Positions 10,465-20,033 are shown, counted from the first letter of the stretch. The stretch: DNA of 64,000 bases from Candidatus Omnitrophota bacterium (GCA_020632515.1 JACKFK010000007.1:13323-77322); one strand, 5' to 3'. The notes: generated by a model from the sequence alone, not told the origin. A program made the numbers and translations.

Positions 10465-11709
10465 ATGTCGGAAATTAACAATGAAAATTCAGAAAGAAAA
10501 TCCGCGTTAGCATCGATCAGCGGTCTCAATACCACAACCGCTCTTCCCCGCAATTTTGTCGGCATTATCGGTGATGGTGAATGCAAAACAACACCACCCA
10601 ATCAACTATCCGCAGAAAATTCGTTGGATGAAATCCTTACCTTTGCCCGTAAGATTAAAGCCACCGATATCCACTTATGCGTGAATAATCCAATTATATT
10701 ACGCATGTTTGGGGCTTTAAAGATTGCATCGAAAGAAAAACTTACCGCTGAGAATACAAAACGATTAATTGAATCTTGTCTAACAACGGAACAATTAACT
10801 GAGTTTCTCGACTATGGTGATCTGCAATTTGTTTATATTATTGAAGGTGCTGGTCGTTTTCGTATGACCTTAATGAAACAACGTTTTGGCTGGGATTTAA
10901 CTGTGCGGCTAATCCCAATGACCATTGCCTCATTTGAAGAATCCAAAATGCCTGCTGCCTGTAAAGAATTAACTAAATGGGCTCAAGGCTTGGTACTTGT
11001 CACCGGCCCGATCGGGTGCGGAAAAACAAGCACTTTATCTACTTTAGTTCAAATGGTCAACCAATCAAGACTTGATCACATTATCACAATCGAAAATCCA
11101 ATCGAAATTCCTTTTAGACCAGATAAATGCCAAATCACCCAACGAGAAGTTAACACCCACACGCTTAGTCAGGCCAATGCCTTAAGAGCAGCGTTACGTG
11201 AAGACCCAGACATTCTTGTCATTAGTGAATTACGTGATTTAGAAAGTATTCAACTGGCTGTTTCAGCTGCCGAAACCGGCCATTTAGTCTTTGGAACAAT
11301 GAATACCAATGATGCCGCTCAAACCATTTCAACACTGATCAACTCTTTTCCTCCCGATGAAAGAGCTATTGTTACTAACATGATTTCCGAATCACTGCGC
11401 GGAGTTATTTCTCAACAATTAGTTCCTAAAAAAGATGGCTCGGGGGTTGTAGCCGCTTATGAAGTCTTAATTGTCACGCCAGCAATAGCTAACATTATGC
11501 GTAAAGGGCAAATGCAGCAAATTAATAATGCGATGACAACTGGAAAGTCGCAAGGCATGACCTTGTTAGACGAATCTTTGGAAGCGTTAGTAAAATCAAA
11601 TATCATTTCTGCTGAAGAAGCCCTTGTCCGGGCCATAAATCCAGCGACGATCCAACAATATATGAATTTTAATTCCCCTGCTCCTGGAGAAATCAATGGC
11701 GAAAATTGA
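10465..11709 (+). CDS. PilT/PilU-family type IV pilus retraction ATPase with an N-terminal extension of about 60 aa
   Basis: Walker A GPIGCGKTS, Asp box, Walker B (DPDILVISELRD), and the His-box region LVFGTMNTNDAAQT. Confidence 0.8.
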   Translation: MSEINNENSERKSALASISGLNTTTALPRNFVGIIGDGECKTTPPNQLSAENSLDEILTFARKIKATDIHLCVNNPIILRMFGALKIASKEKLTAENTKRLIESCLTTEQLTEFLDYGDLQFVYIIEGAGRFRMTLMKQRFGWDLTVRLIPMTIASFEESKMPAACKELTKWAQGLVLVTGPIGCGKTSTLSTLVQMVNQSRLDHIITIENPIEIPFRPDKCQITQREVNTHTLSQANALRAALREDPDILVISELRDLESIQLAVSAAETGHLVFGTMNTNDAAQTISTLINSFPPDERAIVTNMISESLRGVISQQLVPKKDGSGVVAAYEVLIVTPAIANIMRKGQMQQINNAMTTGKSQGMTLLDESLEALVKSNIISAEEALVRAINPATIQQYMNFNSPAPGEINGEN

Positions 11710-12757
11710 CGAACTATTTAACCAACTTATCGCTTTAAAAGGTTCTGATCTGCATCTAGAGCAAGGCCAACCGCCTAAGCTACGACTTAACGGTTCTCTT
11801 CGTCCATTAGACAATCACAATAATTTGCAACAAGAATACCTTGTTGAAATCTTAAAAGAAATTACGTCGGATGAAAATTGGATTCACTTTGAACATACAG
11901 GCGATCTTGATTTTGCGTATTCTCTTGGTGAGGACGCACGTTTTCGCGCCAATTATTTCCGTCATTTTCATGGATATGGAGCTATCTTCCGACTCATTCC
12001 TTCCAAGATTCTGACATTAGAAGATTTAGGACTTCCACAGACAATTCATAAACTATGTAAAACCCATTCCGGATTAATCTTAGTGACGGGCCCCACTGGC
12101 AGCGGAAAATCAACAACACTGGCTGCTATGATTAACGAAATTAACGCTACTCAAACAAAGAAAATCGTCACCATTGAAGAACCGGTTGAATTTATCCATC
12201 AAAATAAAAAATGTATTATCACTCATCGTGAAGTAGGTTTAGATACTAAAAGTTTTGCAGAAGGATTAAAAGGGGCCACTAAAAGCGATGCCAACATTAT
12301 TCTTGTCGGAGAAATGCGCGATCGTGAAACAATTAAATTAGCCCTTACAGCCGCTGAAATGGGAATCCTTGTCTTTGGCACTTTGCATACGAATTCAGCC
12401 GCTAAAACGATTGACCGTGTTATTGATGTCTTTCCCGCTAATCAGAAAGAACAGATCCGAACTGTTTTATCTAACACGTTAAGAGGGGTTATTTCACAGC
12501 AACTCTTAAAAAGCACAGACGGCTCCCGTCGATGGGTAGCCTATGAAATTCTTCTACGCTCCCCTGCCCTGCGTTCAATCATTCTTGCCGGGGAAACTTC
12601 TAAACTCATCAATGAAATTCAAATGAATAGCCAGATGGGAATGGTCTTAATGGATAATTGTTTAAAGGAATTGGTCGCGCAGAAAAAAATAACTAAAGAA
12701 GAAGCTTATCTAAAAGCCTTGGATAAAAGCAACTTTAAAACTGAATCATTTCATTAA
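11696..12757 (+). CDS. pilT: type IV pilus twitching-motility ATPase PilT
   Basis: GPTGSGKSTT, IILVGEMRD, LVFGTLHTNSAAKTIDRVIDVFP. Overlaps the upstream paralogue by 14 nt. Confidence 0.85.
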   Translation: MAKIDELFNQLIALKGSDLHLEQGQPPKLRLNGSLRPLDNHNNLQQEYLVEILKEITSDENWIHFEHTGDLDFAYSLGEDARFRANYFRHFHGYGAIFRLIPSKILTLEDLGLPQTIHKLCKTHSGLILVTGPTGSGKSTTLAAMINEINATQTKKIVTIEEPVEFIHQNKKCIITHREVGLDTKSFAEGLKGATKSDANIILVGEMRDRETIKLALTAAEMGILVFGTLHTNSAAKTIDRVIDVFPANQKEQIRTVLSNTLRGVISQQLLKSTDGSRRWVAYEILLRSPALRSIILAGETSKLINEIQMNSQMGMVLMDNCLKELVAQKKITKEEAYLKALDKSNFKTESFH

Positions 12758-13380
12758 TTCTCTAAATTTGATTTTTCCGCCTCTTGTTTTCTTGCTTTTC
12801 GCTCATCAAAAATACCAAACAAAAATAAAATTTGATCCTCTTCTTGATTAATAATTTGTACTTCAAAGGATATCCCGTTTTTATTATATAAACCGGTGGG
12901 CGTAAAAACATTTCTTAAAAAGGACTGTGTTATTTCTGAAATTTCAATATCTCGTGAAGGATAAGATATTTGAGGAATTTTTAATGTTACACTGTCATTC
13001 GAAATTCTGATCAACTGCACAGCATTCCAATCAATAGACAAAGATTTTGGCATAGTATTATAATTTGTTGGAACAAATTTCTTAAAAGCGTATGCCATAA
13101 TCTTATACCCATCAGGGTAAATTTCTTGAATTTGATCAAGCATAGCAGCATCTACAGTTGCCGTTAAAACTCTGGTAGCATCCCAAACTTTTTTATTGAC
13201 TGCAAAGTATTTGATCGCCCCTAAAGCAAAAAGACAAACACAAAATAAAACAATTTCTAAACGATAAGTTTTTAGATATTCGGAAAAATTAAATGATGAA
13301 GGTTGATTGGATTGCTGAGCATCACGCTTTTCTTTAATACGCCGCAATTCTTTTTTTCTTTTTTCATCCTTTTGTCCCAT
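12754..13380 (-). CDS. hypothetical membrane-anchored protein
   Basis: Basic N-terminus, one TM (IVLFCVCLFALGAIKYFAV), no recognisable domain. Confidence 0.5.
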   Translation of the reverse strand: MGQKDEKRKKELRRIKEKRDAQQSNQPSSFNFSEYLKTYRLEIVLFCVCLFALGAIKYFAVNKKVWDATRVLTATVDAAMLDQIQEIYPDGYKIMAYAFKKFVPTNYNTMPKSLSIDWNAVQLIRISNDSVTLKIPQISYPSRDIEISEITQSFLRNVFTPTGLYNKNGISFEVQIINQEEDQILFLFGIFDERKARKQEAEKSNLEN

Positions 13381-13459
13381 AACAACCTCTTGGTGAGATA
13401 ATTTGAATTATTCATATAGTATCGAAATAAACATTAATTGTCACGGTAATTATTACTTT

Positions 13460-13496
13460 AAAAAATGGGCTCAGCTAAATCTAAAGCCGAGCCCAT
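13460..13496 (-). terminator. rho-independent terminator
   Basis: On the minus strand, ATGGGCTCGGCTTTAGATTTAGCTGAGCCCAT followed by TTTTT. Just downstream of the 13512 gene. Confidence 0.6.
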
Positions 13497-13511
13497 ATTC
13501 ATAATGGAATA

Positions 13512-13769
13512 TTATTTATTCCCCTCTTCTTTAACTTCTTGTTCTTCCGCTTCCTTGAACTTTACATAACTCTTACTAGGTTCCAATCCTCGCTCAATCG
13601 CTTCTTCCAGTGTAATTTTCTCAACACCTTCATAAGTACTATAGCGAGAATTGCTATGATGATACTTTTTTCCACTTTTTGTTACATAAACATATTCAGC
13701 AAAAGCAGATGTTGAAACAAAAGCCATCATCGATACCCCAAGCAATAAAGCCAACAGTTTCTTTTTCAT
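13512..13769 (-). CDS. small exported protein
   Basis: Signal peptide MKKKLLALLLGVSMMAFVSTSAFA, then the SGKKYHHSNSRY...LEEAIERGLEPSKSY motif. Confidence 0.6.
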   Translation of the reverse strand: MKKKLLALLLGVSMMAFVSTSAFAEYVYVTKSGKKYHHSNSRYSTYEGVEKITLEEAIERGLEPSKSYVKFKEAEEQEVKEEGNK

Positions 13770-13938
13770 ATGACGTCGCCTCCTTTCCGTTCGTAAATAG
13801 TATTGCTAAAAGTAATAGATATGCACTATGTTTTGAATGTACTAAATTTGACAAGGATTCTTAGGGGGGATGCCAGATAAGTCTAAAGATAACACATTAT
13901 TGATTATTTGTCAATATATGATTGCTTTTTAAGTAAAA

Positions 13939-14166
13939 TTAACGCTTTGAATTCTTAGGGACAGGATCATAACCATATGAACCCCAAGGGGTACAGCTTA
14001 ATATACGTTTTATACCTAATCTTGCACCTTTTAGGACTCCAAACCGTTGAATAGCTTTGATGGTGTATTCACTGCAGGTGGGTTGATGACGACAATGCGA
14101 GGGAAATAATGGGGAAATTCCAACTTGATAAAATTGAATTATAAGCACACAAAGATTTTTTAACAT
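13939..14166 (-). CDS. yidD: membrane protein insertion efficiency factor YidD
   Basis: ISPLFPSHCRHQPTCSEYTIKAIQRFG...ILSCTPW. Confidence 0.85.
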   Translation of the reverse strand: MLKNLCVLIIQFYQVGISPLFPSHCRHQPTCSEYTIKAIQRFGVLKGARLGIKRILSCTPWGSYGYDPVPKNSKR

Positions 14167-14167
14167 A

Positions 14168-14434
14168 TTAAATATCTTTTATACTAATCAACTCTTCCAC
14201 TAATAAAATCGGAACCCCTTCTCGAACCGGATAAATATGATCTTGATCCCCTTCCCGAAACAAAGCAGCATCAATTTTATCCTGAACCTTTTCCTTCCTG
14301 CGATTAAAAATCTTTCCCGCTGAGATAGCCTCATTAACCTTCATAATCACATCATCCTCCGCCAAGACTAAATTCTTCTTTGTCTCAGGACAGGATAAAA
14401 TATCAATTAAATCAGGATCAATCATGTATACCAT
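14168..14434 (-). CDS. Trm112-family small protein
   Basis: 88 aa with ILSCPETKKNL near the N-terminus and YPVREGVPILLVEE near the C-terminus. Confidence 0.65.
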   Translation of the reverse strand: MVYMIDPDLIDILSCPETKKNLVLAEDDVIMKVNEAISAGKIFNRRKEKVQDKIDAALFREGDQDHIYPVREGVPILLVEELISIKDI

Positions 14435-14437
14435 TCC

Positions 14438-14866
14438 TTATGAATCTGTTTCTAACATATAATCAATAACTTTATCTTGAACATCATTCTCTTTTAAATA
14501 CTCAATCATTTCCGCGGTTAAACTATACACGGACCGAGACTGCTTGATCTCATCAATGATCACATCGCTGGGCACACCGCTTTTCGCTAATTCAGCAATC
14601 TTAGTTAACGGAATATACGAAGGATTTTCAACCATCTGCTTTTTTTCCATTTGACGCCCAATTAACCCGCCACCAACGGCGCCAGCTGCCCCGCCGATGA
14701 GAGCCCCTTCCCAGCCATGCCCATCTTGATGACCGATAATTCCGCCAAGCGCGGCACCCGTTAAAGCTCCAATGCCAGCTCCTTTTTTCGTATTATCATC
14801 TAAGGTTTCACATCCTGCCAAAGTTAAAAACAAGACAATTAATATAATGAATTGTTTATCTTTCAT
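14438..14866 (-). CDS. glycine-zipper lipoprotein
   Basis: Lipobox LTLAGC. Gly-zipper stretch GAGIGALTGAALGGIIG...GALIGGAAGAVGGGLIG. Confidence 0.65.
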   Translation of the reverse strand: MKDKQFIILIVLFLTLAGCETLDDNTKKGAGIGALTGAALGGIIGHQDGHGWEGALIGGAAGAVGGGLIGRQMEKKQMVENPSYIPLTKIAELAKSGVPSDVIIDEIKQSRSVYSLTAEMIEYLKENDVQDKVIDYMLETDS

Positions 14867-14889
14867 ACCATCTCTCCATAAAGTGGTTA

Positions 14890-15384
14890 TTACAACTGCG
14901 TTGGATTTGGCGCGTCTCCATAAACTTCTTTAGGATCAAAAACTTTCTCACTTTCTTCAAATTTTAACTCAACAGGATTTTCTTTATCAAGCTTTTTCCC
15001 AACCGGGACACTGCGATAAAAACAGGACCGGTATCCGACGTGACAGCTAGCCCCACCTTGAACATCCACTCTAAGCCACACACAATCTTGATCATCATCA
15101 ACCCGCAAGTCTTTCACTTTTTGTACCAATCCACTGGTGGCGCCTTTATGCCAAATAACTTTTCGACTGCGACTATAATACACCGCTTCACCCAACTCAA
15201 TCGTTTTTGCTAAAGCCTCATCGTTCATATAAGCGTGCATTAAAACCTCTCCGCTTTGATAATCTGTGGTAACAACCGGAATTAATCCGTCTTTGTCAAA
15301 CTTAGGGGCTAACCGCTTCCCCTCTTCTACCTGCTCAACACTATCTCGCCGAGCAAAGAGTTCTTTCCATTCACTCATGTTCAT
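14890..15384 (-). CDS. hisI: phosphoribosyl-AMP cyclohydrolase
   Basis: [26 protein letters not shown]...YYSRSR...WHKGATSG...[27 protein letters not shown]; the three Zn-ligand Cys are retained. Confidence 0.8.
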   Translation of the reverse strand: MNMSEWKELFARRDSVEQVEEGKRLAPKFDKDGLIPVVTTDYQSGEVLMHAYMNDEALAKTIELGEAVYYSRSRKVIWHKGATSGLVQKVKDLRVDDDQDCVWLRVDVQGGASCHVGYRSCFYRSVPVGKKLDKENPVELKFEESEKVFDPKEVYGDAPNPTQL

Positions 15385-15415
15385 CTCCTCACATATTAAT
15401 GATTTATTATTTACT

Positions 15416-16231
15416 CTATTTGTTCTTAAATGTTTTTAGCAACCAAATACCCACAAACCAAATCGTTGTCATCAAAACAATTGCGGCTCCAGATGAAACA
15501 TTAAAATAGTACGAGATATAGATACCGACAATTCCAGAACTAACCGCGATAACAGCCGCTAAAATCATCATCGTACGCAATCGATTTGTTAACAAACGCG
15601 CCGATGCTACCGGAACAATTAATAACGCGTTAGTTAAAATCGTCCCCACAGCTTGAATACCTGTAACCACAGTCAATGCCAGTAAAAACAACAACCCATA
15701 ACGCATTAGATTCAGATTAATTCCAATAGCCTTAGCATAATACGGATCAACGGAAAATAATTCAAATTCTTTATGAAATAAAAATAGCGTGCCTATTACG
15801 AATAATGTCAGCAAAGAAATCCAAATCATATCACTAATCCCAACACCTAAAATATTTCCAAATAACATCGCGGATAAATCACGGTAAGACTTTGTCGTGC
15901 TGATTAATAAAATACCAAACGCAAACATGAAAATAGGAACTATTCCAATAGCCGTATCTTCATAAACAGATTCATTCTTAACGATCAAACCTATACCAAG
16001 AGCTGTCAGCACTGTTGCCACAATAGCCCCGCCGAAAAGATTATAACCACATAGATAAGCAATCACAAGCCCTGGCAAAGCGCTATGGGAAAGCGCGTGG
16101 CCGATAAATGCCATCTTTCGCAACACCACATAAATTCCCAAAACCGCACAGGCAAGGCCCACTAGAATCGAGGCGAATAGCGCCCGCTGAATAAACGAAT
16201 ATTGCAATGGTTCAAAAATAAAATCAATCAT
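15416..16231 (-). CDS. znuB: zinc/manganese ABC transporter permease
   Basis: 271-aa ABC-3 family permease, overlapping znuC by 4 nt. Confidence 0.8.
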   Translation of the reverse strand: MIDFIFEPLQYSFIQRALFASILVGLACAVLGIYVVLRKMAFIGHALSHSALPGLVIAYLCGYNLFGGAIVATVLTALGIGLIVKNESVYEDTAIGIVPIFMFAFGILLISTTKSYRDLSAMLFGNILGVGISDMIWISLLTLFVIGTLFLFHKEFELFSVDPYYAKAIGINLNLMRYGLLFLLALTVVTGIQAVGTILTNALLIVPVASARLLTNRLRTMMILAAVIAVSSGIVGIYISYYFNVSSGAAIVLMTTIWFVGIWLLKTFKNK

Positions 16232-16980
16232 CTTAACTTGATTCCAGAAAATCCCCCCGGAGGAATCGCAGCTTCTTCTCCTTCATTTAAATAGAAAGCC
16301 CCGTCATAATCTTGCGCCATTTTATCAAGAAAATGAGTCGCGACTATAACTGTCTTTCCCTTATCTTTCAAATCCTTTAAAACTTTAGAAACAATTTCCC
16401 GCGTATCCGCATCGATCGCGTTAAGAGGTTCATCTAAAAGCAGCAAATCCGCATCTTGCACCAAAGCCCGCGCTAATAAAACCCTCTGCTGCTGCCCGCC
16501 GGAAAGTTGACTAATCTGCCGTTGGCCAATCGATTTAATTCCTAATTGATTTAGCGCAACATCAACCTTCTGATAATCTTCTTTTGCCGCTCGATGAAAC
16601 CAACCTAAATGAACATAACGTCCGCTTAAAACCAGCTTACGCACATCAATGGGAAAAGACCACTGCACTTCACTGCGCTGGGGCAAATAAACCGTACGAT
16701 GAAAACATGCCCCAACAGCTTCACCATAAATTTTAATCTTTCCATTTCGAATCGGTAGCAAACCAGCCACAGATTTCAAAAGTGTGGACTTGCCAGACCC
16801 ATTCGGCCCAACAATTGCCACTCGCGCCCCTACGGGAACTGATAAATTGATTTTTTTTAATGCTAGACGCTGTTCTCCAGAATAGCCTGCACTTAGATTC
16901 TTAATCTCCAGCGCCGGAGCTAATGTATCAGGATTACCATGACGGCAACCGCTATAAGGAACGTGTAATCTTCCAATCAC
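16228..16980 (-). CDS. znuC: zinc ABC transporter ATP-binding protein
   Basis: Walker A GPNGSGKST, signature LSGGQQQR, Walker B LLLLDEP. Confidence 0.85.
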   Translation of the reverse strand: MIGRLHVPYSGCRHGNPDTLAPALEIKNLSAGYSGEQRLALKKINLSVPVGARVAIVGPNGSGKSTLLKSVAGLLPIRNGKIKIYGEAVGACFHRTVYLPQRSEVQWSFPIDVRKLVLSGRYVHLGWFHRAAKEDYQKVDVALNQLGIKSIGQRQISQLSGGQQQRVLLARALVQDADLLLLDEPLNAIDADTREIVSKVLKDLKDKGKTVIVATHFLDKMAQDYDGAFYLNEGEEAAIPPGGFSGIKLR

Positions 16981-17903
16981 TTTAAGACTTCCGTTATTTG
17001 TTTTATATTATATTTCATCATCTCGATATATGTACTGCCTTCACTTTGCGTCTCACCAAGAGCACCAGAATATAAAGGCGGTGCCAGTGTGACTTGCGCC
17101 TCATCAGCCAATGCTTTAATTAATTGATTATTAAACATGTTTTCAGTAAAAACAGCTGAAACATTTTCACTTCTTACTTTACTAATCAATTGGGCGATTC
17201 TTGCCGCAGATGGGTCAAAAGCCTCAGTTGTAAAAGAATTCACCGCTGCCCCAATAATAATAAATCCATACCGTCGGGCAAAATAACCAAACGAGTCATG
17301 AGACGTCACCAATTTCCGTCGTGCCGGTGGAATCTTTTTTACCTGATCCGTAATCCACACATCTAAATCCTTTAATTCCTGAATATATTGCTGCGCATTG
17401 GCATGATATGTTGACGCGTGAATAGGGTCTTTATCAGATAACTCAGAATCAATACGTTCAATAATCTTAATAACTAACGCAACATCGTGCCATACGTGAG
17501 GATCCTGATCACTATGATGATGAGATTCTTTTTTATGAACATCCTCATCGCGATGATCAACGGCAATTAAATTTAATCCTTGAATAACCTCAATCCGCTC
17601 TGCCTTTGATTGTGATGATTGATATAAATCATCCAACCACGATTCTAACTTAGCGCCATTTTCAAGAATAATATCAGCCTGCTGCAAGATTTTCATCTCG
17701 CGGGGCGTTGGTTCAAATGTGTGCACATCCGAGTTGGCACCGACTAGAATCTGGACATCCGCGTCAACACCTGCCACATTTTGAACCCAATCTCCTAAAA
17801 TGCTAAACGTAGCAACAACTTTAATTTTTTGAGATTCATCTGCAGAAGTTATTTTAGTCGTCATGAAACAAAACAGCACAAACACAAGACCTATGAAGCG
17901 CAA
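16977..17903 (-). CDS. znuA: periplasmic zinc-binding protein (cluster A-I SBP)
   Basis: His/Asp-rich loop (HRDEDVHKKESHHHSDQDPHVWHD). I place the start at the TTG at 17903, which gives the signal peptide MRFIGLVFVLFCFMTTKITSA. The track ORF (to 18026) reads through an 8-bp repeat array. The start coordinate is uncertain. Confidence 0.7.
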   Translation of the reverse strand: MRFIGLVFVLFCFMTTKITSADESQKIKVVATFSILGDWVQNVAGVDADVQILVGANSDVHTFEPTPREMKILQQADIILENGAKLESWLDDLYQSSQSKAERIEVIQGLNLIAVDHRDEDVHKKESHHHSDQDPHVWHDVALVIKIIERIDSELSDKDPIHASTYHANAQQYIQELKDLDVWITDQVKKIPPARRKLVTSHDSFGYFARRYGFIIIGAAVNSFTTEAFDPSAARIAQLISKVRSENVSAVFTENMFNNQLIKALADEAQVTLAPPLYSGALGETQSEGSTYIEMMKYNIKQITEVLK

Positions 17904-17913
17904 ACATCTTCCC

Positions 17914-17993
17914 TGCGATTTTACGACTTTGTAACCTTGTGACCTTGTGACTTTGTGATCTTGTGACTTTGTATCTTTGTGACTTTGTGACTT
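17914..17993. repeat. tandem array of ten 8-bp units (consensus TGTGACTT on plus, AAGTCACA on minus)
   Basis: Read directly: tgcgattt tacgactt tgtaacct tgtgacct tgtgactt tgtgatct tgtgactt tgtatctt tgtgactt tgtgactt. Lies between the moaB-like stop and the znuA start. Confidence 0.9.
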
Positions 17994-18009
17994 ATATACC
18001 ATTCTCAAC

Positions 18010-18513
18010 CTACCGGGTGATCTCAAAGACCAAATGTTTCATCTCAGGAGCAATCAATTTTTCCCAAGCCAACTGCACGGCTTTCACCGAACCTGGTGTA
18101 GAGAAAATAATACATTGCTGAAAAACTCCCGCAACTGCTCGTGAAAGCATTGCTGCTGATCCAACCTGCTGATAACTTAACATGCGAAATATTTCTCCAA
18201 AACCATCTAACGTTTTATCTAAGCGGCGGCTAAGCACATCATACGTTGTATCCCGACGGGATATTCCGGTTCCGCCATTAAAAATCCCAACATTACAACC
18301 GGCCGCGTCTAGCTCTGCTAACACCTCATCAATGGCAACAGCCTCATCTTTAATGATTTTATACAACCCTAAAGAATGGCCTGACTTTGCAATTTCATTT
18401 TTTAAAAACTGCCCGTTAACATCCGTTTCCTCCGTGCGGGTATCACTCACGGTAATCACTCCAATTGTCAATGTGAACGATTCTGCTTTATCTTTATGTT
18501 CCGTGCAGCTCAT
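18010..18513 (-). CDS. moaB: MoaB/MogA-family molybdopterin-binding protein
   Basis: GVITVSDTR...NGGTGISRRDTTYDV...STPGSVKAV. Confidence 0.7.
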   Translation of the reverse strand: MSCTEHKDKAESFTLTIGVITVSDTRTEETDVNGQFLKNEIAKSGHSLGLYKIIKDEAVAIDEVLAELDAAGCNVGIFNGGTGISRRDTTYDVLSRRLDKTLDGFGEIFRMLSYQQVGSAAMLSRAVAGVFQQCIIFSTPGSVKAVQLAWEKLIAPEMKHLVFEITR

Positions 18514-18514
18514 T

Positions 18515-19456
18515 TTATTTTAACCCACCGGGAATGCCTTTGCGGATCACCGCTACAGCATTATGACTATGCAACGATTCCCAATGTTCAACTGAAACCA
18601 CCCAATCTTGAATATTTTCCTGCGCGTTTAAGACCTGGCTTAACCGTCGGGTGGCATGCTCCACAAACATCGGATTCTCCGCATTTAATACGGCAAAAGC
18701 TTGTTCATCCGCCCTTTTAGCAAAACTTTGCGTTTCGGTTGGAATGGCTTTTCGCAAGAGCTCGATTAAATCTTCAATAAAGAAATTCTCATCCTCCGGT
18801 AATACAATTGTACATCTCGCCTCGGAACGTTGTGAATGCGGCACTGCCATACCGTTTCCTTCCGTAATCAAATTCTGCGCGTGCTGTGATTCATACTGCT
18901 TAGACATTGATAAACTGCACGGACATGTGGAAGAATATTCATAATGAACCGTTAGATAAATAACAACCTTACCTTTTTCATTTTCCCAACCCTCAAGCAC
19001 ACATGGATAATACTGCCATCCCCATTTCTTACTTTTTAATGAAGGTTGTTTAATAGCATAATTAAACCGAAGTTTCAAATAAGCCTGATCAAATAAAGGA
19101 TCTGTTTCTAAATCGCGCATATCCCGACGGAATCGTCCCAAAACCTTCTTAAAGAAGTTCCGATCCGCAACAATATTCTGCGCTTCCTGCTGCAAAATTT
19201 CATACAATCGGCTCATATTGATGCCAGCTTTGCCTTTACGGAAATGGATGTACATACTAGCCAAGGTGTCATGATTGATGATCGTTCCGTCTTTATGGCG
19301 ATAGTTCATCGGAATACGAAAACGGTTCACACCGACTTTATCAATATCAATCCCGAATAAATCTTCTGTTTTATGAAAATCATTTAAACCGGAACTATCT
19401 TTATGCGGATTAAGAATCCGGTTTTCCGTCTGCTCATTTAAAGGATTCATTGTCAC
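18515..19456 (-). CDS. folE2: GTP cyclohydrolase I type 2 (FolE2 / GCYH-IB)
   Basis: KAGINMSRLYE, the cysteine-containing STCPCS region, and C-terminal ESLHSHNAVA. Confidence 0.8.
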   Translation of the reverse strand: MTMNPLNEQTENRILNPHKDSSGLNDFHKTEDLFGIDIDKVGVNRFRIPMNYRHKDGTIINHDTLASMYIHFRKGKAGINMSRLYEILQQEAQNIVADRNFFKKVLGRFRRDMRDLETDPLFDQAYLKLRFNYAIKQPSLKSKKWGWQYYPCVLEGWENEKGKVVIYLTVHYEYSSTCPCSLSMSKQYESQHAQNLITEGNGMAVPHSQRSEARCTIVLPEDENFFIEDLIELLRKAIPTETQSFAKRADEQAFAVLNAENPMFVEHATRRLSQVLNAQENIQDWVVSVEHWESLHSHNAVAVIRKGIPGGLK

Positions 19457-19932
19457 ACTCCTTGCCCTAACGGCGGATAAAATATAACGCTATGGTTCAT
19501 CAACTGTCCTTCTTTATATGTAAATTTTGCGGAGAAAAACTTATCGTCCTGCAGCCACTTTAAAAAATGTTTATCCCCTTCCCACAATGTCAAATCCAGA
19601 AGTTTCTCATCACTAATCCATTCCAGTTGCCCTTCTTCACAAGGACTTAATGTTCCCTCAAATTGCTCAGCAATAAATAAAAAAACAACCCAATCTTCCT
19701 GATCTTTGAACTCCGGAAATGTCATCACCCCCCGCAACCTTGGATGAACGATATCTAACCCGGATTCTTCTTTCACTTCTCTGATAACGCATTCCTCGGG
19801 CGTCTCGCCCGGCATGAATTTCCCGCCTAAACCGTTCCACTTCCCCTGATGCACATCTTTATCTTTCTTGATACGATGCATCATCAGAGTTTGATGATCT
19901 CTCTTAATGTAACAAAGCGTTGATAATTGCAT
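19453..19932 (-). CDS. NUDIX hydrolase
   Basis: Nudix box GGKFMPGETPEECVIREVKEESGL. Overlaps folE2 by 4 nt. Confidence 0.85.
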   Translation of the reverse strand: MQLSTLCYIKRDHQTLMMHRIKKDKDVHQGKWNGLGGKFMPGETPEECVIREVKEESGLDIVHPRLRGVMTFPEFKDQEDWVVFLFIAEQFEGTLSPCEEGQLEWISDEKLLDLTLWEGDKHFLKWLQDDKFFSAKFTYKEGQLMNHSVIFYPPLGQGV

Positions 19933-20033
19933 TTAATTATAATTAATATGTGTCTCGTTGCTCATATTTTTAAACTCATGAATTTTACATCTTTGAATCA
20001 CAAAATCTGAAACCCGAGACATAAGTTTTATAT

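Noticed and set aside
17914-17993. Could the short repeat array be a CRISPR array?
   Set aside because: The units are 8 bp, directly abutting with no spacers, and there are no cas genes. It is a simple tandem repeat.
17904-18026. N-terminal extension of the ZnuA ORF in the track (MRSPGRLRMVYKSQSHKDTKSQDHKVTRSQGYKVVKSQGR...).
   Set aside because: It is encoded by the 8-bp tandem repeat, whose 24-nt super-period only mimics an 8-aa repeat. It would place about 40 charged residues in front of a normal signal peptide, and it overlaps the upstream gene. A TTG at 17903 gives a clean signal peptide instead.
18182-18944. Plus-strand ORFs 18182-18523, 18496-18720 and 18651-18944.
   Set aside because: They are antisense to the moaB-like and folE2 genes, which carry recognisable family motifs. 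They have no independent signals.
19933-19946. TTAATTATAATTAA palindrome just upstream of the NUDIX gene, considered as a second Zur box.
   Set aside because: It is pure A/T, so it has low information content in this genome. It does not resemble the 20469-20491 box beyond AT richness, and it abuts the start codon where a ribosome-binding site is expected.
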